A stretch of DNA of 64,000 bases from Candidatus Hydrogenedentota bacterium (GCA_034669905.1 JAXMOL010000011.1:89037-153036); one strand, 5' to 3'. Positions 28,529 to 39,641 are shown, numbered from the stretch's first letter. Program-made: numbers and translations. The notes: a model not told the origin generated them from the letters alone.

Positions 28529-29064
28529 TTCTCCGCCCAATTCGGTTCCACTTTGGAGCGTGGAACGGCACCGGTCAGCGCGATGTGCTCCTTCTTGCCC
28601 GCGTGCTCCCAATGGACATCCACGGTCACTTCCACGATGGAACTCGCGGGATTGGGAACGCGGCCGAAAGCGGCCCAGCGGAATTTGTCGTACACGATCT
28701 TCTGACGCTCGAAGGACGCGTCGTACGGTAGCAGCACTTCAGGCAGTAAGACTTTCCGGCCCGCCCGGGGATCATCGGCGTTGCTTTTTACGCGAAACAG
28801 GCCGACCCCATCTGCGCGGTCATGCTCCCACACGAAATTTGCCGGTTCGCGGACCATTTGTGCCAATTGGGACTCGGCCACGGAGGCCGCCAGTTCCCGG
28901 TATTGGGCTTGCACACCCAGGTCGGTACTTGCCATGTAGAGGCGGATGAGTATGGTGGTCGCGACGCTTATGACGGTCAATGCCACAATGAGTTCGATCA
29001 GCGTGAAACCACGCCGACTGGATGGATGACAGCGAGTGCGGCAAGATCGTTGAGTGGATTGCAT
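28525..29064 (-). CDS. GspI/PilV-like pseudopilin
   Basis: RRG/FTLIELIVAL motif, VTVDVHW; AGGAG RBS before MQSTQ. Confidence 0.85.
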   Translation of the reverse strand: MQSTQRSCRTRCHPSSRRGFTLIELIVALTVISVATTILIRLYMASTDLGVQAQYRELAASVAESQLAQMVREPANFVWEHDRADGVGLFRVKSNADDPRAGRKVLLPEVLLPYDASFERQKIVYDKFRWAAFGRVPNPASSIVEVTVDVHWEHAGKKEHIALTGAVPRSKVEPNWAEK

Positions 29065-29162
29065 GAGACTCCTTCCTGCGCGAACGAAGGGCCGACGGCT
29101 CGGCCCGTGAACTCCCTGACACCGACCCGTTCCGAGCCAGCCTCTCCACAGGGACAAATGTT

Positions 29163-29192
29163 ATAGTAAGCATAAGTTCTCATTTATGTCAA
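29163..29192 (-). promoter_or_regulatory. Sigma70-like promoter candidate for the pseudopilin operon
   Basis: TTGACA-N18-TACTAT in an AT-rich intergenic region. Confidence 0.45.
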
Positions 29193-29345
29193 CAATAAAA
29201 AAAAGTGGAAATAGCTCGAGTAAATTATTGACAAGAAAACTAAAGATATCGGGATGTTGTGCAAACTTGACCAACTTTTCCCAATTTGCGTCTCTTGGGG
29301 GCCCCTCGCCCCGTTCTGGCAAAGAGGCGCAGAACGGGTCCAGGG

Positions 29346-31157
29346 CTAGTCGGAAACCCCGTATTCGGCGAGCTTCAGGTAAAGCGTGCTCCGACTGATT
29401 CCCAGCACCCGTGCACTCTTGGCCCGGTTGCCGGAACATTTACGCAGCACCTTCATGATATGCTCCCGCTCCATCTCGGCGAGGGTACTCAGGGGGCCCT
29501 CTTGGACGGTCTTCGGGGGCTGAATGTTGCCATCCCGCCAGATGTCTTCCGCGCTAATTAGCGCGGTGCGGGTCCGATGGGCAATGCGCTCAACCGTATT
29601 CCGAAGTTGACGGACGTTTCCGGGCCAATGGTGGCCTTTGAGCACTTCGATGGCGTCTTCCGACAGGACATGCACCAGGCGCTCATCCTCTGCGGCCATG
29701 ACATCCAGAAAGTGTTGGGCGAGCCCTGGGATGTCGCCGATACGACTCCGAAGCGGCGGGGCCTGAAGGGTGAATCCCGCCAGCCGGTGATAGAGATCGC
29801 TCCGAAACTCCTTATCGTCGACCGGTCGATTGGTGGCGGCGACGAAACGTACATCCACGCGTTCCTCCGCAGTGGCCCCCACAGGCCGAAAGGTCCCCTG
29901 CTCCAGAACCCGGAGGATCCGGGCCTGATTTTCCGGACTGAGGTCCCCCACTTCGTCGAGAAACAGGATACCCCCGTCGGCCAGGGTGAGCAATCCCCGC
30001 CGGGCGACGTGGGCCCCCGTAAAGGCGCCACGCTCATGACCGAAGAGCTCGCTCTCCAGCATATTGGCGGGAATCGCCGCACAGTTTACGACGACAAAGG
30101 GCTTGTCCGCCCGCTCACTGTTCCGGTGGATAGCCTCGGCAATCAGTTCTTTTCCCGTACCGGTCTCCCCGGTAATAATGACATTTAACGGAGTTCGGGC
30201 CGCCTCGTAGACGAGATTGCGGAGGGATTTCATCACGGGACTGCGCCCGACCAGGGGCATTAGTTCGTCGACCTCCGCGGCCGTCAGGCGCTTATTCAGT
30301 TGAAGTATCGACTCATGGTGCCGTGCCGCATGGACGCAGGGGCCAACCAACCCGCAGAGATTCGAGAAGAAGGTGAGCACCGTTTCCCGGTCCGCATCCT
30401 TATTAATCTTTGCCATTTTCACGACGGCCAAGCCCAAGACCTCGTCCCCGTGGTACAGGGGGGCGAGGAACAGATAGCGCGCATCGAGATCTTCTCGCGG
30501 AACGGCGGTGGAAAAGGCACGGCGTTGCTCGACGGCCTTGTCGAGGGTGTCGGACGGAATCAAAGACCGATAGTCCTTGCCCAGCGCGGTGTCCACCGGC
30601 CACCCCCCCTCTTCCTCTACCAGTATATGGGCCGTGCTTTCCCCAAAGCGCTGGGTCATTAGTTCCGCGATCTGGCGGGCGAGAGAGGCTTCCGAACGAA
30701 TATGACTGCAGACCCGGCAAAAACGGAAGAGGAGAATGTAGTCGCTGGTCGTGCCGGGCCAGGCCCCATGCTGTTCGATGCTGTCAAGCCCCAGGCTATC
30801 CAATTCAATGGAGATCGTTTCCGAATCGGGACGTTCCCCATTGGGGCCGTTGTTGGCACCGGCAACGGCGGTTACGAGGAAAACGGCCCGCCCCACGCTG
30901 AATTCATCGCCCACCTGTAATACGGCATCTTTTTCCGGTACCCCTTCGACCAGGGCGGGGTTGCGGCTCCCCATATCTTCCAACCGGATACCATCGAGCA
31001 CCTTGATAACCCGGCAATGCTGACGGGACACCGTGCCATCGTCGACGACGATATCACAGCGATACGAGCGCCCAATGGTCAGCGCCTTTTGATCCACCAC
31101 CCAAGCCGAGCCACGGGTATACCCGGCCTTGGCCGTAATCATAAACTGCATGGTCAT
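29346..31157 (-). CDS. FHA-(GAF-like)-AAA+-Fis HTH sigma54-dependent transcriptional activator
   Basis: IGR...VSRQH...SRN FHA motifs; GETGTGKE, GAFTGA, LFLDEVG, WPGNVRQL, C-terminal HTH. Confidence 0.93.
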   Translation of the reverse strand: MTMQFMITAKAGYTRGSAWVVDQKALTIGRSYRCDIVVDDGTVSRQHCRVIKVLDGIRLEDMGSRNPALVEGVPEKDAVLQVGDEFSVGRAVFLVTAVAGANNGPNGERPDSETISIELDSLGLDSIEQHGAWPGTTSDYILLFRFCRVCSHIRSEASLARQIAELMTQRFGESTAHILVEEEGGWPVDTALGKDYRSLIPSDTLDKAVEQRRAFSTAVPREDLDARYLFLAPLYHGDEVLGLAVVKMAKINKDADRETVLTFFSNLCGLVGPCVHAARHHESILQLNKRLTAAEVDELMPLVGRSPVMKSLRNLVYEAARTPLNVIITGETGTGKELIAEAIHRNSERADKPFVVVNCAAIPANMLESELFGHERGAFTGAHVARRGLLTLADGGILFLDEVGDLSPENQARILRVLEQGTFRPVGATAEERVDVRFVAATNRPVDDKEFRSDLYHRLAGFTLQAPPLRSRIGDIPGLAQHFLDVMAAEDERLVHVLSEDAIEVLKGHHWPGNVRQLRNTVERIAHRTRTALISAEDIWRDGNIQPPKTVQEGPLSTLAEMEREHIMKVLRKCSGNRAKSARVLGISRSTLYLKLAEYGVSD

Positions 31158-31302
31158 GATACCTACCCCTCTCGATAGCCACCTTGTATGCCCTTAGCGA
31201 CCCAATCACCCGACGTTCACACGCCATAAATCAGTGCTTAAGCTCTCCTCATAGTACGCTAACTCACCACAATTAGCCAAACCTTTTGTCCCTTCCCGGG
31301 CC

Positions 31303-31344
31303 TGTCCGATTATCGTTCAATGGCTTGTGTCCGATTAACGGACA
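31303..31344. promoter_or_regulatory. Tandem enhancer (UAS) candidates TGTCCG-N5-CGGACA
   Basis: Perfect arms at 31328-31344, degenerate copy at 31303-31319. Confidence 0.55.
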
Positions 31345-31427
31345 ACTCCTATTCCCGGGCCGCCTAATTTCCCCACCGCATCGCAGAAACCCTTTTAAAA
31401 CAGGGGTTGACCGGGTCAGCACGCGCA

Positions 31428-31444
31428 TTGGCACAGTTCTTTCT
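31428..31444 (+). promoter_or_regulatory. Sigma54 -24/-12 promoter candidate
   Basis: TTGGCAC-AGTTC-TTTCT: canonical -24 element and spacing, one mismatch at -12 (TTTC for TTGC). Confidence 0.5.
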
Positions 31445-31454
31445 TTAGCAGGGT

Positions 31455-31683
31455 AGCTTCAATCTGGATTCTGCTTCAGAGGGTGAAACCACTTGAGGCT
31501 TCGCAGGGGCGATTGCGCTGTCGCCCCTGCGGAATTTAATTAACAGCCTGGGAGTCTGCGGATGCCCTCGCTGATGAAAAAGACAAGGCGCCAAAGTTGA
31601 ACCTGATCTTGCTTCTTTGCTCCAAGACATTCGGAACGGAACCGCCCCTCCCCCAAGCCCGCCCGTGTGTCTTGGGGTTTTTT
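31455..31683 (+). ncRNA. Candidate small RNA of about 230 nt
   Basis: Lies between the sigma54-like promoter and an intrinsic terminator; strong hairpin 31502-31531; only very short ORFs. Confidence 0.4.
31651..31683 (+). terminator. Intrinsic terminator candidate
   Basis: CCCCAAG / CTTGGGG stem followed by TTTTTT. Confidence 0.65.
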
Positions 31684-31855
31684 GTTGTTCGACTTTCTGG
31701 CCTGCCGATTCGCCGGGTTGAAAGCGCAACGAAAATCCCGCATAATTAGGCACCAATTCATCGTGCGGCGGTCTGCTGTGTCTGAGACCTTGCTCAGACC
31801 CGCGTTGATCAAAGCAATCAAACCCTTACCGCGCGCCTGCCAGTCGGAACGTTGC

Positions 31856-32650
31856 ATGCCCATACACCCTACAGCCATTATTCATCCGAGTGCCCAACTC
31901 GCTGCTGATGTGGAGGTCCAGGCCTTCAGCATTATCGAGGAGAACGTTCGTATTGGTGCAGGCACCATTATCGGCCCCCACAATGTCGTTGGTGCGGGCA
32001 CGGTCATGGGCGCGCACAACCGCACGTATAGCGGTGCCCAAATTGGCGTGGCCCCGCAGGACCTGAAACACCATCATGATCGAAAAGGCCGCACGGTGCT
32101 GGGCGATCACAATATCGTGCGCGAATTTGTGACCGTCAGTTCCAGCACGGTGTACGGCGACGCCCCCGAAGAGCAAGACAAGGCAACCCGGGTAGGGAGC
32201 CACTGTTTGCTGATGGCGACCTGCCACGTGGGACACGATTGCGTGCTGGGCGATCACGTTATTCTGGCCAATGGCTCTCCCCTGGCCGGGCACGTCACCG
32301 TTCAGGACCGGGCCTTCATTGGCGGCCTGACGGGCATCCACCAGTTTTGCGTCATCGGCACGATGGCCTTCGTGGGAGGCATGGCCCGGGTCAACAAAGA
32401 CGTGCCCCCCTATATGCTCTGTGAAGGCCATCCCGCACGCTGTTTCGGCCCCAACGTCATTGGTCTGGAACGGAATGGCCTGTCTTCCGAACAGATAAAA
32501 ACGATACGCACCATCTATAAACTCATTTATCGCTCCGATCTCAACATGAGCCAGGCGGTGGCGCGCATCGAGGCGGATGTGCCCGATTGCGCAGAAAAGA
32601 AGACCCTGCTCGATTTCATTGCCCAGTCCCAACGTGGATTGACGAAATAG
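31856..32650 (+). CDS. lpxA: Acyl-ACP--UDP-N-acetylglucosamine acyltransferase
   Basis: IHPTAII, hexapeptide repeats, PQDLK, REFVT, HVGHDC, LAGHV, HQF; start reassigned to 31856. Confidence 0.95.
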   Translation: MPIHPTAIIHPSAQLAADVEVQAFSIIEENVRIGAGTIIGPHNVVGAGTVMGAHNRTYSGAQIGVAPQDLKHHHDRKGRTVLGDHNIVREFVTVSSSTVYGDAPEEQDKATRVGSHCLLMATCHVGHDCVLGDHVILANGSPLAGHVTVQDRAFIGGLTGIHQFCVIGTMAFVGGMARVNKDVPPYMLCEGHPARCFGPNVIGLERNGLSSEQIKTIRTIYKLIYRSDLNMSQAVARIEADVPDCAEKKTLLDFIAQSQRGLTK

Positions 32651-32655
32651 GATTC

Positions 32656-33045
32656 ATGGCGAAGTCCGATCTTAAATCCCTTTTGGAACAGGCCGCAGCG
32701 GCCTACCAGCATGAAGACTACCCCCTGGCCCAGCAGTTGGCAGCGTCTGCGACCCGCGCCGATTCGAAGAGCGTGGATGCCTGGGATTTTCACGGCATGG
32801 CCAGCCAGGAGTTGGGTGACCGGGAGGCCGCGGTTGAGTCCTACAAGAAGGCGCTGAGACTCGCGCAGCAGGCGTACAAGAAAAACCCGAAAGATGGGAA
32901 GATGGCACTGCGCCAGTTGTTTTTGCTGATGCGGCTCGATCGCAAGGCCGACATTGAAGCACTGCTGGCACTCCTGCAAGAGCGCCATCCGGATAGCCCG
33001 GGCTTAAAAAAACTCATCGCCTCCTATCGGTTGCGTCAACGGTGA
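32656..33045 (+). CDS. Small TPR-like helical protein
   Basis: AW...G.....LG....A...Y.KAL TPR pattern; 5 nt after lpxA. Confidence 0.7.
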   Translation: MAKSDLKSLLEQAAAAYQHEDYPLAQQLAASATRADSKSVDAWDFHGMASQELGDREAAVESYKKALRLAQQAYKKNPKDGKMALRQLFLLMRLDRKADIEALLALLQERHPDSPGLKKLIASYRLRQR

Positions 33046-33241
33046 TCGGCACCGTTGAAAGCGGCGCACCGCTTCGGTTAGCATACGGTCAGCGCTGTGG
33101 GGTACGGCGTCTTCTTTCCTCCAGATTCCACGCGATGACCCTACCCCGGCTTGATGCCCTGTCGCTTGGCTTGCGTTGACGCGACGGGAGCGCATCGATG
33201 CCCATAGCCCCCTTATCGACCCACCCATGAAGGACGAGAAC

Positions 33242-34195
33242 ATGCCCCCTATTCGTACGGGAGTCGTTGGTGTCGGACACCTTGGATACCATCATGCCCG
33301 GAATTATGCGGCACTGGACGGTGCCGAGCTGGTCGGCATCGTGGACCCTTCCGAAGCCAACCGCGCCAAGGCGGCGGAAGACTTCACGGTCCCCGGCTTT
33401 TCCGATGTAAAGGGCCTGATAGCGGTGGGCGTGGATGCGGTTTCCGTGGTGACGCCCACGGTAAGCCATGGGGAAGTGGTCAATGAACTCCTCCAGGCAG
33501 GGATCCATGTATTGGTGGAAAAGCCCATCGCCCCCACCTTGCACGAGGCGGAAACCATGGTGGCCCTCGCACGCACCCACCAGCGCATTCTCCAGGTGGG
33601 TCACATCGAACGGTTTAACGGAGCGGTGTTGGCCTTTTCCCAGGCAATCCAGGCCCCGCGCTTTATCGAATGCCACCGCCTCAGCCCCTTCCCCGGACGG
33701 GGCACCGACGTGAGCGTGGTCCTCGACCTCATGATCCACGACCTGGACATTATCCTGGCGATGGAACCATCGGAAGTCGTCTCGTTGGACGCGGTGGGGG
33801 TGCCCGTGTTTTCGGAGAGCGAAGATATTGCCAACGTACGCCTTCGCTTTGCGTCCGGGTGTGTGGCCAACCTTACCTGTAGCCGGGTGTCGCTGGACCG
33901 GATGCGGAAAATTCGCATCTTCGAAGAAAACGCCTATCTCAGCACGGACTACAGTGCCCAGGAAGTGCTCGTCTACCGCAAGAAGTCGGGTCCCATACCG
34001 GTGGGCGAGAATCCTATGGAACACATCACGATGGAGCCCCTCCCCGTCGAGAAAGACGAACCCCTGAAACTGGAGCTTCGCTCCTTCGTCGACTGCGTGC
34101 GGGAAGGCAAGCCGCCCATCGTAAGTGGTGAAGACGGCATCAAGGCCCTCCGGCTGGCCCAGGACATCATGGACTTTATTCGGGAACACGCGTGA
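33242..34195 (+). CDS. Gfo/Idh/MocA oxidoreductase, GnnA-like
   Basis: GVGHLG, VEKP, GHIERFN, DLMIHDLD; lies between lpxA and lpxB. Confidence 0.85.
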   Translation: MPPIRTGVVGVGHLGYHHARNYAALDGAELVGIVDPSEANRAKAAEDFTVPGFSDVKGLIAVGVDAVSVVTPTVSHGEVVNELLQAGIHVLVEKPIAPTLHEAETMVALARTHQRILQVGHIERFNGAVLAFSQAIQAPRFIECHRLSPFPGRGTDVSVVLDLMIHDLDIILAMEPSEVVSLDAVGVPVFSESEDIANVRLRFASGCVANLTCSRVSLDRMRKIRIFEENAYLSTDYSAQEVLVYRKKSGPIPVGENPMEHITMEPLPVEKDEPLKLELRSFVDCVREGKPPIVSGEDGIKALRLAQDIMDFIREHA

Positions 34196-35313
34196 AACGA
34201 ATTTACTTTGTAGCCGGGGAAGAGTCCGGCGATATCCACGGCGCCAACCTGATTCGTGCGCTACAGGCCGCCCGGGAAGGTGTGGCGTGCGAAGGACTCG
34301 GTGGGCAGCGCATGGCCGACGTGGGTATGGACCTCCACTATGATCTGGCGGGAGAAGCCATCATGGGCTTTACCGAAGTGGTCCGCAATTTCCCCCGCAT
34401 CCGTCGCCTCTTTCTGGACACGGTTGCCCACCTCGAAGCCACCCGCCCCGACGCCCTCGTGCTCATCGACTACCCCGGATTCAACATCCGCCTGGCCAAA
34501 CGGGCCCACGCCCTTGGCATTCCCGTTATTTTCTATATCAGCCCCCAGGTGTGGGCCTGGAAGAAAAAGCGCATCCACACGCTGGCAAAATACGTGGACA
34601 AGATGCTGGTCATCTTCCCCTTTGAAAAGCCCCTCTACGACAAGGTGGGTTTGGACTGCGCCTATGTGGGCCACCCCCTGCTGGACCATATCCAGGCCTA
34701 TGAGCGCGCCGCAGAACCCGGCGATGATCTCGTTATTGGCCTTTTGCCCGGGAGTCGTGAGCAGGAAATTAAGCGCCTCCTGGAACCCATGATCGCCGTG
34801 GCGCGGGGCATCCGCGCGCAACACCCCGACGCCCGATTCGTAACGCCCGTCGTCAATGCGACCCGGGCCGAACAGGCGCGGGCCCTTATTGGCGACTTCC
34901 CCCTGGAAATCCAGGTTGGCGGCATGTATGACATTCTTGCCCAAGCCCGATGCTGCCTGGTCGCTTCGGGAACGGCCACCCTGGAGACCGCGCTTTTTGG
35001 TGTGCCCATGATCATCCTCTACAAAGTGACCACCGTGACTTATTGGCTCGCACGGCTCTTGGTAGACATTCGGCACATCGGTATAGTAAACATATTGGCA
35101 GGCCGCGAAGTGGTCCCCGAATTTATTCAGGGAGCCATCCAGCCCGACCAAATCCTACCCAGAGCGCTTGCGCTGATAACCCCCTCCCCCGAACGGGATG
35201 CCATGTTGGCCGATCTCGATTCGGTACGCGCCCAGTTGGGTGCCGGGGGCGCATCCGCCTGCGCCGCACAAGAAATCCTCACTCTCATCGATGGAGCAGC
35301 CCCCCATGCGTGA
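34192..35313 (+). CDS. lpxB: Lipid-A-disaccharide synthase
   Basis: AGEESGD, IDYPGFN, SPQVWAW, VGHPL, LPGSR, SGTATLE. Confidence 0.96.
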   Translation: MKRIYFVAGEESGDIHGANLIRALQAAREGVACEGLGGQRMADVGMDLHYDLAGEAIMGFTEVVRNFPRIRRLFLDTVAHLEATRPDALVLIDYPGFNIRLAKRAHALGIPVIFYISPQVWAWKKKRIHTLAKYVDKMLVIFPFEKPLYDKVGLDCAYVGHPLLDHIQAYERAAEPGDDLVIGLLPGSREQEIKRLLEPMIAVARGIRAQHPDARFVTPVVNATRAEQARALIGDFPLEIQVGGMYDILAQARCCLVASGTATLETALFGVPMIILYKVTTVTYWLARLLVDIRHIGIVNILAGREVVPEFIQGAIQPDQILPRALALITPSPERDAMLADLDSVRAQLGAGGASACAAQEILTLIDGAAPHA

Positions 35314-38029
35314 CCGCATCTTTCTCGTCGACGGTATGGCCTACGCCTTTCGCTCCTACTACGCGATCCGGGCCGCCCTCACCGATACGGAGGGCAACCC
35401 GACCAACGCCCTCTATGGTTTCACCCGGGTCCTCCTGAAGCTGATTCGCGAACACGACCCCAGTCACGTAGCGGTCATATTCGACGCGCCCGGGAAAACT
35501 TTTCGCGACGAGATGTTCGCCGATTACAAGGGCACACGAAAAGAGACCCCGGCCGACCTCAAGTCCCAATTCCCCATGATGCACGACATGGTAAAAGCCC
35601 TGAACATTCCCCTGCTGGTCATCCCCGGCGTCGAAGCGGACGATGTTATCGGCACCCTGGCGAAGCAGGCCGAAGCCGATGGGATGGACGCCATCATCGT
35701 GACGGGTGACAAAGATCTCCAACAGATGGTAACCGAGCACATCGCTGTTTTCGACCCTTCCAAAGGCGACAACGGACAATGGTACCGCGAGGCCGAAGTG
35801 CGCGAACGCTTTGGGGTGGGCCCGGAAAATGTCATCGATGCGTTGGCGCTGATTGGTGATTCGGCGGACAACGTACCCGGCGTGCGGGGCATTGGTGACA
35901 AGACCGCCAAAAAACTTCTGGAAAAGTATACGTCGCTTGAAGGACTCTACGCGCACACCGACGAGCTGAAGGGCAAACAGAAGGAGCGCATCCTCGAAGA
36001 TCGCGAGCAGGCCTTTTTCAGTCGTGAGCTCGTCACCATAAAAACGGATGTGCCCCTCGAGATTACGCCGACCGAATGCATCCGCCAGGATTTCATTGAG
36101 TCGGAACTGGTGGCGGCGCTGACACGCTTTGCCTTTCACACCCTGCTTGAAGAATTGGCCCCCGGCAACAACGTGGGTGAAACGACGACGTGCGAATACC
36201 AATTGGTGTTGACCCGGGAAGAACTCGATGCCATGGTGGCCCGAATGCGGGCGGCGGGAACCTTTGCGGTAGACACGGAAACAACCTCCACCAACCCCAT
36301 GATGGCCCAACTGGTCGGCATATCGTGCTGTTGTGACGATGAAATAGCCTACTATATTCCCATCAACCACACCGCAGAGTCGCTCACATATATGACCGAC
36401 CCCGATGACCTGACAACCTGTGTGCGGCTGGAGCCCCTACCGGCGGCCGAAGCGTTGGATACGGTCCGCGAATTATTTTCCGATGTAACGATTGGCAAGG
36501 TGGGGCATAATATTAAATATGATATGGTGGTGCTGGAGCGGGCGGGTGTTCCCTTACAGGGCATCGTGATGGATACGATGATTGCATCGTACTTGACAGA
36601 TCCCTCTCAGTTAAGGCACAATCTAGATGAAGTTAGCCTCCAATACCTCCGACGGAAACTCATCCCCATTTCTGATGTAATAGGAAAAGGGTCGAAAGCC
36701 GTCACCTTTGATCACGTTCCCATCCACGCGGCCTGCACATATGCAGCCGAAGACGCCGATGTCACGTGGCAACTCCACCAAGTCTTTCGGGAACAATTGA
36801 AGGACCGTGAACTTGAATCGTTGTTTTCCGACGTTGAGCTCCCCCTCATTCACGTTTTAGCCCGGATGGAACAAGCGGGTATCGCGGTTGAAGAAACCGT
36901 CTTCCACAAACTCCACACCGAGATTGAGACGCGACTGGGCGAGTTAACCACGGAAATCATTACCTTGGCCGGGGAGCCCTTTAAGATCAATTCGCCCAAG
37001 CAACTGCAGGGCATTTTGTTTGATAAGCTTGGACTGACCCCGGTGCGAAAAACCAAAACGGGGTACTCTACTGACGAACGCGTTTTAGAGCAGCTGGCCC
37101 ACGAACATCCGCTTCCCGAGAAAATCCTCGAGTATCGGATGCTGGAAAAACTGCGTGGCACCTATGTGGATGCCCTCCCGCGGTTGATCCACCCTGAGAC
37201 CCACAAGATACACACTTCCTACAATCAGGCCGTAGCGGCAACAGGACGCCTGTCCAGCAGTGACCCCAATCTTCAAAATATTCCGATTCGCAATGCTTTC
37301 GGCAAACGCATTCGGGAAGCCTTCATACCGAGCCAACCCGATTATCAGTTGATCTCGGCCGACTACTCACAAATTGAATTACGTGTTCTGGCGCATCTGT
37401 CCGGAGACACCCAACTCATCGAAGCCTTTCAGCGCGATGCCGATATCCACACGGAAACGGCCGCAAAGGTCTTTGATGTGGACCGGGAAGCGGTCACCGA
37501 CGACATGCGCCGACGGGCTAAGGCCGTTAATTTTGGCGTGGTATATGGGATCAGCGCCTTTGGTCTGGCTCGAAACCTGGGGATCAGCAATGCCGAAGCG
37601 GGTCGTTTTATCGACGGCTACTTCGCACTCTACCCCGGGATTCAGGCGTGGCTTGACCGCACGATGGAAGAAGCCCGGGAATCGGGTTATGTAACCACCG
37701 TGCTCAATAGACGTCGTTACGTACCCGATATTACCAGCGGGAACGCCAATGTACGGCGCGCTGGAGAACGGGTCGCGATTAATACGCCGGTGCAAGGGAG
37801 CGCCGCGGACATTATTAAACTGGCTATGATCAAACTGGACGCGGCCCTCCGGGAGGAGCCTGCCACCTTGCTGCTTCAAGTGCACGATGAATTGGTCGTG
37901 GAAGCGCCGGCGCAGGACGTGGACCAGGTCACCCGTCAGATGCAGGAAATAATGGAGAATACCTTCACACTCGACGTGCCTTTGAAAGTCGATGTGGGAG
38001 TTGGGAATAACTGGGCAGAAATTCATTAG
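35306..38029 (+). CDS. polA: DNA polymerase I
   Basis: 5'-3' exo (EADD, GDSADN), 3'-5' exo (DTET), [26 protein letters not shown]. Confidence 0.97.
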   Translation: MRDRIFLVDGMAYAFRSYYAIRAALTDTEGNPTNALYGFTRVLLKLIREHDPSHVAVIFDAPGKTFRDEMFADYKGTRKETPADLKSQFPMMHDMVKALNIPLLVIPGVEADDVIGTLAKQAEADGMDAIIVTGDKDLQQMVTEHIAVFDPSKGDNGQWYREAEVRERFGVGPENVIDALALIGDSADNVPGVRGIGDKTAKKLLEKYTSLEGLYAHTDELKGKQKERILEDREQAFFSRELVTIKTDVPLEITPTECIRQDFIESELVAALTRFAFHTLLEELAPGNNVGETTTCEYQLVLTREELDAMVARMRAAGTFAVDTETTSTNPMMAQLVGISCCCDDEIAYYIPINHTAESLTYMTDPDDLTTCVRLEPLPAAEALDTVRELFSDVTIGKVGHNIKYDMVVLERAGVPLQGIVMDTMIASYLTDPSQLRHNLDEVSLQYLRRKLIPISDVIGKGSKAVTFDHVPIHAACTYAAEDADVTWQLHQVFREQLKDRELESLFSDVELPLIHVLARMEQAGIAVEETVFHKLHTEIETRLGELTTEIITLAGEPFKINSPKQLQGILFDKLGLTPVRKTKTGYSTDERVLEQLAHEHPLPEKILEYRMLEKLRGTYVDALPRLIHPETHKIHTSYNQAVAATGRLSSSDPNLQNIPIRNAFGKRIREAFIPSQPDYQLISADYSQIELRVLAHLSGDTQLIEAFQRDADIHTETAAKVFDVDREAVTDDMRRRAKAVNFGVVYGISAFGLARNLGISNAEAGRFIDGYFALYPGIQAWLDRTMEEARESGYVTTVLNRRRYVPDITSGNANVRRAGERVAINTPVQGSAADIIKLAMIKLDAALREEPATLLLQVHDELVVEAPAQDVDQVTRQMQEIMENTFTLDVPLKVDVGVGNNWAEIH

Positions 38030-38126
38030 TCTTAACAATCTTTGTAGTGGAGCATTGGCGTTCCTGTACTCCCTACCAACCCTATGTGGGCAATCCACAA
38101 AAACAGGAACAGCGAAAGGATTCAGC

Positions 38127-39641
38127 ATGGCAGAGAGACCCGCCACCGAACGTGGCCAGGGGCGTCCGAAAGGCAAGGGCCGTAGCCCGAAGCGCAGCAC
38201 AGCGAACGGTAATAACGCCAGCGGCAACAACCGTTCCTCACAAAGCAACAACCGGTCCCAGCAGGGCGGCGGTGGAAACAATCGCCCCCGACGGAACTCC
38301 GGCGGACGACCCCAGCAACGGCGCAATGGCGCACCCCAGGTATTGGACGTGGCCAATGAGGTCATACCCGATAGCGTTGATGGTCCGGAATTAAATATTA
38401 CCGACCTCAAAGCCATGACGATGCCCCAGCTCAACGAAGCCGCAGAAGAACTCGGCATCGAAGAGTATGGTGGTCTGAAGAAACAAGACCTTATCTTCAC
38501 CGTCCTCCAGCGAAGCATCGAAAAAGCTGGCTCCATTTATGGAGAAGGCACCTTGGAGATCCTGCCCGATGGCTTTGGATTCCTCCGCTCGGCCGACTAT
38601 TCGTACCTGCCCGGGCCCGACGACATTTATGTCTCCCCCTCGCAGATTCGCAAGTTCGCCCTCCGCACCGGTGACGGCATCACGGGGCACGTCCGCCCTC
38701 CCAAGGAAGGCGAACGCTATTTCGCCCTCCTCAAGGTGGAGTCGGTCAACAATGAATCGCCCGATGTCGCACACAAGCGGATTATCTTCGACAGCCTCAC
38801 TCCCATCCACCCCGATGAGCGCTTCACCCTGGAGGTAGGGCAGAATGAGATCGGCATGCGTATCATGGATCTCATCTCCCCCATCGGTAAGGGCCAGCGT
38901 GGTCTTATCGTGGCCGCGCCCTTCACGGGTAAGACGGTGCTGCTCCAGAAGATCGCCAACAGCATCACCACCAACCACCCGGAAGCCACGGTCATCGTGT
39001 TGCTCATTGACGAGCGCCCCGAAGAAGTAACCGACATGCAGCGCTCCGTCAAGGGCGAGGTCATCGCCTCCACCTTCGACGAACCGCCCGAACGGCACGT
39101 TCAGGTCGCCGAGATGGTGCTGAACAAAGCCCGTCGCCTCGTTGAACACAAGAAGGATGTAGTCATCCTGCTGGACTCCATCACGCGCCTGGCACGGGCC
39201 TATAACATCCTCGTGCCCAGCAGCGGCAAGGTCCTCTCAGGTGGTGTCGACGCCAACGCCCTGCAGCGCCCCAAGCGCTTCTTCGGCGCGGCCCGTAACA
39301 TCGAAGAGGGCGGCAGCCTTACCATCCTGGCCACGGCCCTGGTGGAAACCGGCAGCCGCATGGACGACGTGATCTTTGAAGAATTCAAAGGCACAGGTAA
39401 CATGGAGCTCCACCTCGACCGCCGGCTCATGGAAAAACGTATTTTCCCGGCCATCGACGTCAACCGCTCCCGGACCCGTCAGGAAGAACGGCTGGTCAAC
39501 GCGGAAGACCTCCAGCGTATCTGGCTTCTCCTCCGCGTCCTCAGCGACCGCGAACTCCAGGAAGCCTCCGAGCTGCTCACCGAGAAACTCAAGAAGACCA
39601 AGACCAACGCCGAGTTCCTCAACAAGATGCAGAAGATGTAG
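38127..39641 (+). CDS. rho: Transcription termination factor Rho with polar N-terminal extension
   Basis: [49 protein letters not shown] before MAERP. Confidence 0.97.
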   Translation: MAERPATERGQGRPKGKGRSPKRSTANGNNASGNNRSSQSNNRSQQGGGGNNRPRRNSGGRPQQRRNGAPQVLDVANEVIPDSVDGPELNITDLKAMTMPQLNEAAEELGIEEYGGLKKQDLIFTVLQRSIEKAGSIYGEGTLEILPDGFGFLRSADYSYLPGPDDIYVSPSQIRKFALRTGDGITGHVRPPKEGERYFALLKVESVNNESPDVAHKRIIFDSLTPIHPDERFTLEVGQNEIGMRIMDLISPIGKGQRGLIVAAPFTGKTVLLQKIANSITTNHPEATVIVLLIDERPEEVTDMQRSVKGEVIASTFDEPPERHVQVAEMVLNKARRLVEHKKDVVILLDSITRLARAYNILVPSSGKVLSGGVDANALQRPKRFFGAARNIEEGGSLTILATALVETGSRMDDVIFEEFKGTGNMELHLDRRLMEKRIFPAIDVNRSRTRQEERLVNAEDLQRIWLLLRVLSDRELQEASELLTEKLKKTKTNAEFLNKMQKM

